64,000 nucleotides of DNA from NCBI GenBank assembly GCA_965219445.1, contig CBDCNQ010000001.1:32001-96000 (forward strand). The letters are read 5' to 3'. The DNA is from Longimicrobiales bacterium (GTDB lineage Bacteria; Gemmatimonadota; Gemmatimonadetes; Longimicrobiales; Gaopeijiaceae). Positions 59,362 to 64,000 of this stretch are shown here, piece after piece (within the stretch, counting starts at the first letter, position 1; every line of letters begins with the position of its first letter). The position numbers were made by a program, and so were the translations under genes. The notes beneath the pieces are model-generated. The model had not been told where the DNA came from and made no database searches. It saw only the letters and a list, made by a program, of their open reading frames with translations.

Positions 59362-60579
59362 GTGCGAGGCTTCTACACCTGTGTCGGGTTGGCGATGGCC
59401 CTCGGGCCTCCGACGTTGGTGCCGGCACCGGTAGCAGGTCAGATCGTCGAGATTCGGAGGGAGATCATCGAGAGCCAGCGCCGGCTTGAAGAGGTGCGCG
59501 AGGAACGAAGCCGGCTACGGGAAGAGTTGACGAACCTCGATGGCCGAGTGCGAAATGTGGCAAGAGAACTCGCGAATGTCGAACAGCAGGTCAGTGCGTC
59601 TCGATCTGCGGTCGCGGAGGTCGACTTTCAGGTAGAAGCGGTGGGGGCTGAAATCGAAGGCACATCCAGTAGCCTCTTGGTCACGCGGGAACGACTCCAA
59701 ACCGGAAAGGCCGTTCTTTATCGCCGCATCCGTGATATCTACAAGCGGGGCGCACTCCACTCAGTGCGGGTCATGCTCGGGGCCGGCTCGTTTCCGGAGA
59801 TGCTGACACGCTACCGGTACCTGCGCCTGATCGCTACGTACGATCGCACACTGGTACGGAGCGTGGAAGGACTCGAGACCGATCTGGACGCACAATACGA
59901 GGATCTACAGTCCAGCATGGTCAGCCTGGGTCGCCTGCGGCAGTCCAGGCTCAGCGAAATAGCCACTCTGCGCTCGGTGGAGGAGACGCATCGCCGGGCG
60001 ATCGAGGGCTATCGTGCCCAGGAGCAGGCCGCCACCAATCGGCTGGAGCAACTCGCACTCGACGAGACCCGCATGAGCGTCCTCATCACCGAGCTCGAAT
60101 CAAGGCGTGTGGAAATCGAGCGAGCCGCCGCCAGACGGGGAGTGCCGAACAGGCTCTCGACGGCGGAGGTAGGAACGATGAATTGGCCGGTGAACGGCGA
60201 GTTGATCTATCGATTCGGGCGGGAGGAGAGACCGAACGGCACCATACTGCGGTGGAACGGAATCGGGATCCGGGCGGCCACCGGAACCCCCGTACGAGCC
60301 GTGGATGCTGGTACGGTCGCCTACGCGGGCCCCTTCGAAGGGTACGGTCTTACGGTGTGGCTGAGCCACGGCGGCGGTTTTTATACGCTTTACCTTTACC
60401 TCGAAGAGATCGGCGTAACGCAGGGTCGCGAGGTGACGGCCGGTCAGGTCGTGGGCACCGTTGGGGGAGTAGGCACGCCGGAGGGGCCCCACTTGGAGTT
60501 CCAGGTCCGAACCCCGGTCGACGGGGGAGACCCCCGAGCCCAAGATCCGCTCGCATGGCTTCGGGCGCCGGGAGGGTGA
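59362..60579 (+). CDS. envC: EnvC-like coiled-coil M23 protein (murein hydrolase activator)
   Basis: Coiled coil plus a LytM domain with degenerate metal ligands (WNGIGI, LYL); follows ftsEX. Confidence 0.82.
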   Translation: MRGFYTCVGLAMALGPPTLVPAPVAGQIVEIRREIIESQRRLEEVREERSRLREELTNLDGRVRNVARELANVEQQVSASRSAVAEVDFQVEAVGAEIEGTSSSLLVTRERLQTGKAVLYRRIRDIYKRGALHSVRVMLGAGSFPEMLTRYRYLRLIATYDRTLVRSVEGLETDLDAQYEDLQSSMVSLGRLRQSRLSEIATLRSVEETHRRAIEGYRAQEQAATNRLEQLALDETRMSVLITELESRRVEIERAAARRGVPNRLSTAEVGTMNWPVNGELIYRFGREERPNGTILRWNGIGIRAATGTPVRAVDAGTVAYAGPFEGYGLTVWLSHGGGFYTLYLYLEEIGVTQGREVTAGQVVGTVGGVGTPEGPHLEFQVRTPVDGGDPRAQDPLAWLRAPGG

Positions 60580-61739
60580 GCCTGCACCCCCTTTTTGGCC
60601 ACGCTGATCTTCAAGCGTCTCTATCGAAGGCCTGGGCATCCGGGTCTCTTCCGTCGAGCGTGCTCATCCACGGTCCGCGTGGCGTGGGGAAACAACGACT
60701 CGCTCTCTGGCTCGGCCAGCTCCTGCTCTGCCCCCAATCCGGACCAACAGGGCCTTGCAGCGACTGTAAGGTGTGCCGGATGGCCATGAATCTGGAGCAT
60801 CCCGACCTCCACTGGTACTTCCCGCTCGCGAAGCCGAAGGGGGTTCGGCCGGCTAAGCTTGCGGACGCCATGGAGAGAGCTCGTTACGATGCCCTGGCAG
60901 AGTGCAGGGAGCGTCCTCTCCGCCCCGCTGCTGTAGCGACTGAACCCACTGGGCTCTACATGGCTGTTGCCCAGACTCTGCGATCCGACGCACACCGCCG
61001 GCCGGCCTTGGGAGCCCGGCAGGTGTTCGTGATCGGAGAAGCCGAGATGCTCGTTCCCCAGGAGGCGAGTCAGGAAGCCGCCAATTCACTATTGAAGCTC
61101 CTGGAGGAGCCCCCACCGACTACACTTCTCATCCTGACTTCGAGTGAGCCGGGCCGGCTCCTACCCACCATTCGCTCTCGAACGATGCCGCTCCACCTTC
61201 CCCCTCTGCCGCCGGACAGTGTCGAACAGTTCCTCATTGAGTTCGGCCAAGTCTCTCCGGATGAGGCGCCTCGGGCTGCCCACCTCGGCCGGGGTTCGAT
61301 CGGCAGGGCTCTCGGGTTTCTGCCCAATGGAGCGGACCCGGGTCCTTTGGAGGTGCTCCGAGCGCAGGCGTTTGAGCTTCTCGCCGCAGCGTCGAATAAG
61401 GACGGGGGAGCCGTGTATCGTAGATCCCTGGAGTTCGGTGCTACTCGCAGCCGTGGCCTGATGCCTCTGTTCGAATTCCTGGAGGACGCACTACGAGACC
61501 TTTCCTTGACAGGGGCGAGAACGCCCGAAGGCCTTGTCATGGAAGGCCTTATCAATCCTGATCGGGTGGATCTCCTGGAACGGATTCGAAAGGAGCGGGA
61601 TATCCATCCGGTGGCGGTCACGAGGGCCTTTCGGCATTTGGAAGAAGCCAAAGAACTGGTGGCCGGCAACGTGAACCCCCAGCTCATCGTGGCCGGGCTC
61701 CTGACCGGCCTCCGGGAGGAACTCATTGGCAACCACTGA
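60576..61739 (+). CDS. holB: DNA polymerase III subunit delta'
   Basis: GPRGVGK, C4 zinc motif, HPDL, AANSLLKLLEEPP and TIRSR. Confidence 0.9.
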   Translation: MSLHPLFGHADLQASLSKAWASGSLPSSVLIHGPRGVGKQRLALWLGQLLLCPQSGPTGPCSDCKVCRMAMNLEHPDLHWYFPLAKPKGVRPAKLADAMERARYDALAECRERPLRPAAVATEPTGLYMAVAQTLRSDAHRRPALGARQVFVIGEAEMLVPQEASQEAANSLLKLLEEPPPTTLLILTSSEPGRLLPTIRSRTMPLHLPPLPPDSVEQFLIEFGQVSPDEAPRAAHLGRGSIGRALGFLPNGADPGPLEVLRAQAFELLAAASNKDGGAVYRRSLEFGATRSRGLMPLFEFLEDALRDLSLTGARTPEGLVMEGLINPDRVDLLERIRKERDIHPVAVTRAFRHLEEAKELVAGNVNPQLIVAGLLTGLREELIGNH

Positions 61740-62232
61740 AGACCGCGATTCTCGCGGAGCAGGCCTGACACACATCGACGCCCAGGGAAACCCAATCATG
61801 GTGGATGTGTCGGGTAAGGAGACCTCGATGCGAATCGCGACGGCCGAAGGCCGCATCCGCATGTCCACGGACACTTTGGTGGCCATTCGCGGGGGGGGAG
61901 TACAGAAAGGAGATGTCCTCCAGGTGGCTCGCCTGGCCGCTATCATGGCCGGAAAGCGTACCGCCGACCTGATCCCCCTCTGCCACATTCTACCTGGTGC
62001 CTCCATTGCCGTCGACCTAGACTTGGATGAAGCCCTCCCGGGGATCGTCCTACGGGCGGAAGCTCGGATCGCTGGTCAGACAGGGGTCGAGATGGAGGCC
62101 CTCACGGCCGTCTCGGTAGGTCTCCTGACGGTATACGACATGGCAAAATCCCTCGACCGTGGGATGGTGATCGAGGATGTCCGTCTGCTCCACAAAGACG
62201 GCGGAAGATCGGGCGCCTGGTCTGCGGATTGA
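61726..62232 (+). CDS. moaC: Cyclic pyranopterin monophosphate synthase
   Basis: MVDVSGK, LIPLCH, TGVEMEAL and YDMAK motifs. Confidence 0.96.
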   Translation: MATTEDRDSRGAGLTHIDAQGNPIMVDVSGKETSMRIATAEGRIRMSTDTLVAIRGGGVQKGDVLQVARLAAIMAGKRTADLIPLCHILPGASIAVDLDLDEALPGIVLRAEARIAGQTGVEMEALTAVSVGLLTVYDMAKSLDRGMVIEDVRLLHKDGGRSGAWSAD

Positions 62233-62277
62233 ACCATCTACCGCGGCCGCAGTTATCCCCTCGCTTGGAGAGATTCT

Positions 62278-63846
62278 GTGAGATTCAAGATCCTGGTCTT
62301 ATCAACCGTCGGTGCCACCGCCTGCTCGGGTGGTTCCCCAGCTCCCGGACCCGCACCTGCCCCCGTTTCGGGGGCTGGTGATTATGAGAGGGCGACGGTG
62401 CGGGCCGCGGCCAGAATCCTCCCCGACCGGATCCGACAGCATATCACATTTCTGGCGAGCGATGAGCTAGCGGGAAGGGACACGCCAAGTCCCGGACTCG
62501 AGACAGCAGCCTCGTATTTGGTTGAAGCCCTGCAAGAAGCCGGGGTTGATCCAGCAGGCGACAGCGGGACCTTCATTCAGCGGTTTCCTTACACGCGTAC
62601 TGCCATGGTCACCGCGTCCCGGCAGGTGAATTACCGATTGGCGGGCTCGACCCGGGAACTGGAATACGCAAGGGATTACTACGTGATACCCGGGCAGATG
62701 TCGGCGGCGAACGCCGAAGTGGTCTTTGGAGGACCGGCGAGTCGGCCTTCGGCCGGTGTGGCCCAGATCGTCGGTGGAAAGGTGGTGCTCTTCACGACCG
62801 TGGGTAACCCGATCGTCGGGACAGGTGAGGACCTACTCACGGCGTTCCAAGCCGCGGCGGAAGGCCGAGCCGCCGCAGTCGTGCTCCTCCTCGATGAGAC
62901 TCAAGAGCCCGACAGCATCACGGATATGGCCAGGGGGCTTCAGGGAGCCGGATTGGCCACCCCCCTCCCAATCGTCGGCCTGTCGCCAGCGAGCGGCGCC
63001 GCCCTGATGGTAGAGGTCGGCCTCGATCTGGCAACGCTCAGGGAGTCGCCACCGGCAAACGCGATATCGCTGGACGGCATCACGATGAACGTCTCGGCCC
63101 CCTTCGAGGTGTCCGAGCACACGCCGCCCAACGTGGTCGGTGTAGTGCGGGGTAGCGATCCGGAGTTGCGGGACGAATACATCGTGTACTCGGCACACTT
63201 TGACCATGTCGGTGTCGGAATCCCTGACGAGGCTGCGGATTCCATCTACAACGGCGCGGACGATAACGCATCCGGAACCTCGGTCCTGCTCGAGACCGCC
63301 GCCGCGTTCGCTGCTCTGGACGTGCCCCCCGCTCGCTCCGTCATCTTCCTGGCGGTGAGCGGTGAGGAGAAGGGGTTACTGGGCTCACAGCACTACTCGG
63401 AAAATCCGACCGTGCCGATCGAAGAGATCCTCATGAACATCAACCTGGACATGGTGGGGCGGAGCCACCCCGACACGGTGATCGGCATCGGTCGCCAGTA
63501 CACGAACCTCGGACCACTCACCGATCGGGTGCTCCGAGAACACCCGGACCTCGGATTCACGGTTATCGAAGACCCCAAGCCGGAGGAGCAGGGGTTTTTC
63601 CGGAGCGACCACCTCAATTTCGTGAACAAAGATATTCCGGCGATTTTCTTCTCGGCCGGGTTTGATCATGAGGATTACCACAAGCCGTCCGATGAGGTCG
63701 AGCTCATCAATGTGGAAAAGGCGGCGCGAGTAGGGCGGATGGTTTTCCATCTGGGAGCACTCGTCGCGAGCGGCACCGTCGACCCTGAATGGACCGAGGA
63801 GGGCCTGGCAGAGGTTCGGAGGATCATCGCCGACAACGGAAACTGA
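62278..63846 (+). CDS. M28-family metallopeptidase lipoprotein
   Basis: SAHFDH, NGADDNASG, GEEKGLLGS, RSDH and DYHKPSD motifs; ATAC lipobox-like motif. Confidence 0.92.
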   Translation: MRFKILVLSTVGATACSGGSPAPGPAPAPVSGAGDYERATVRAAARILPDRIRQHITFLASDELAGRDTPSPGLETAASYLVEALQEAGVDPAGDSGTFIQRFPYTRTAMVTASRQVNYRLAGSTRELEYARDYYVIPGQMSAANAEVVFGGPASRPSAGVAQIVGGKVVLFTTVGNPIVGTGEDLLTAFQAAAEGRAAAVVLLLDETQEPDSITDMARGLQGAGLATPLPIVGLSPASGAALMVEVGLDLATLRESPPANAISLDGITMNVSAPFEVSEHTPPNVVGVVRGSDPELRDEYIVYSAHFDHVGVGIPDEAADSIYNGADDNASGTSVLLETAAAFAALDVPPARSVIFLAVSGEEKGLLGSQHYSENPTVPIEEILMNINLDMVGRSHPDTVIGIGRQYTNLGPLTDRVLREHPDLGFTVIEDPKPEEQGFFRSDHLNFVNKDIPAIFFSAGFDHEDYHKPSDEVELINVEKAARVGRMVFHLGALVASGTVDPEWTEEGLAEVRRIIADNGN

Positions 63847-63928
63847 GACGCGGACGGTGCCTCGGGTTTGACCCTCTAGAAAGGATTACGGCCCTCTGCG
63901 GGCAGGTGATTGAGCTGGGACGATGGGC

Positions 63929-64000
63929 CTACATGTGGTAGTTCGGCGCTTCACGAGTGATCGTAACGTCGTGCGGGTGCGATTCGCGTAGGCCGCCGGA
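63929..64000 (-). CDS. guaB: 3' end of IMP dehydrogenase (partial)
   Basis: Not in the ORF track. The minus strand reads SGGLRESHPHDVTITREAPNYHM*, the conserved GuaB C-terminus. Confidence 0.85.
   Translation of the reverse strand, partial: SGGLRESHPHDVTITREAPNYHM

Noticed and set aside
61528..61557. 15-bp near-duplication GAAGGCCTT... in holB
   Set aside because: A single in-frame micro-duplication with no evident consequence.

Overview
GC-rich bacterial chromosomal segment made mostly of housekeeping genes. The gene set and order suggest Gemmatimonadota (inference, not verified). The left part (1-25.5 kb) is almost all minus strand: cca, gmhA, PHP tyrosine phosphatase, alaS, recA, a YjbH-like exported protein, a System I*-type ccm cluster, gltB without gltD, glpK, maf, dtd, glmS and glmM. 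The right part carries a transsulfuration enzyme, M48 protease, purD, mutM, an M16 pair, menG/ubiE, a partly decayed SigW-like ECF operon, mrp/nfu, an orphan wzc, a STAS-GHKL plus STAS-wHTH gene pair, lepA, a DUF4384 protein, DUF58/BatA, mfd, PPIases, pdxA, ftsEX-envC, holB, moaC, an M28 peptidase and the 3' end of guaB. No rRNA, tRNA, CRISPR array, transposase or prophage was seen. The most interesting signals are: (1) a structured two-unit leader with a strand-specific intrinsic terminator upstream of gltB, a candidate new riboswitch or attenuator; (2) an uncharacterised STAS/GHKL-kinase plus STAS/wHTH module; (3) five copies of a 100-370 bp MITE/REP-like element with terminal inverted repeats of up to 32 bp; (4) candidate LexA, SigW-type and sigma54 sites; (5) several frameshifts and gene remnants, from real decay or assembly error. 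All structures and motifs were read by eye and no searches were run.
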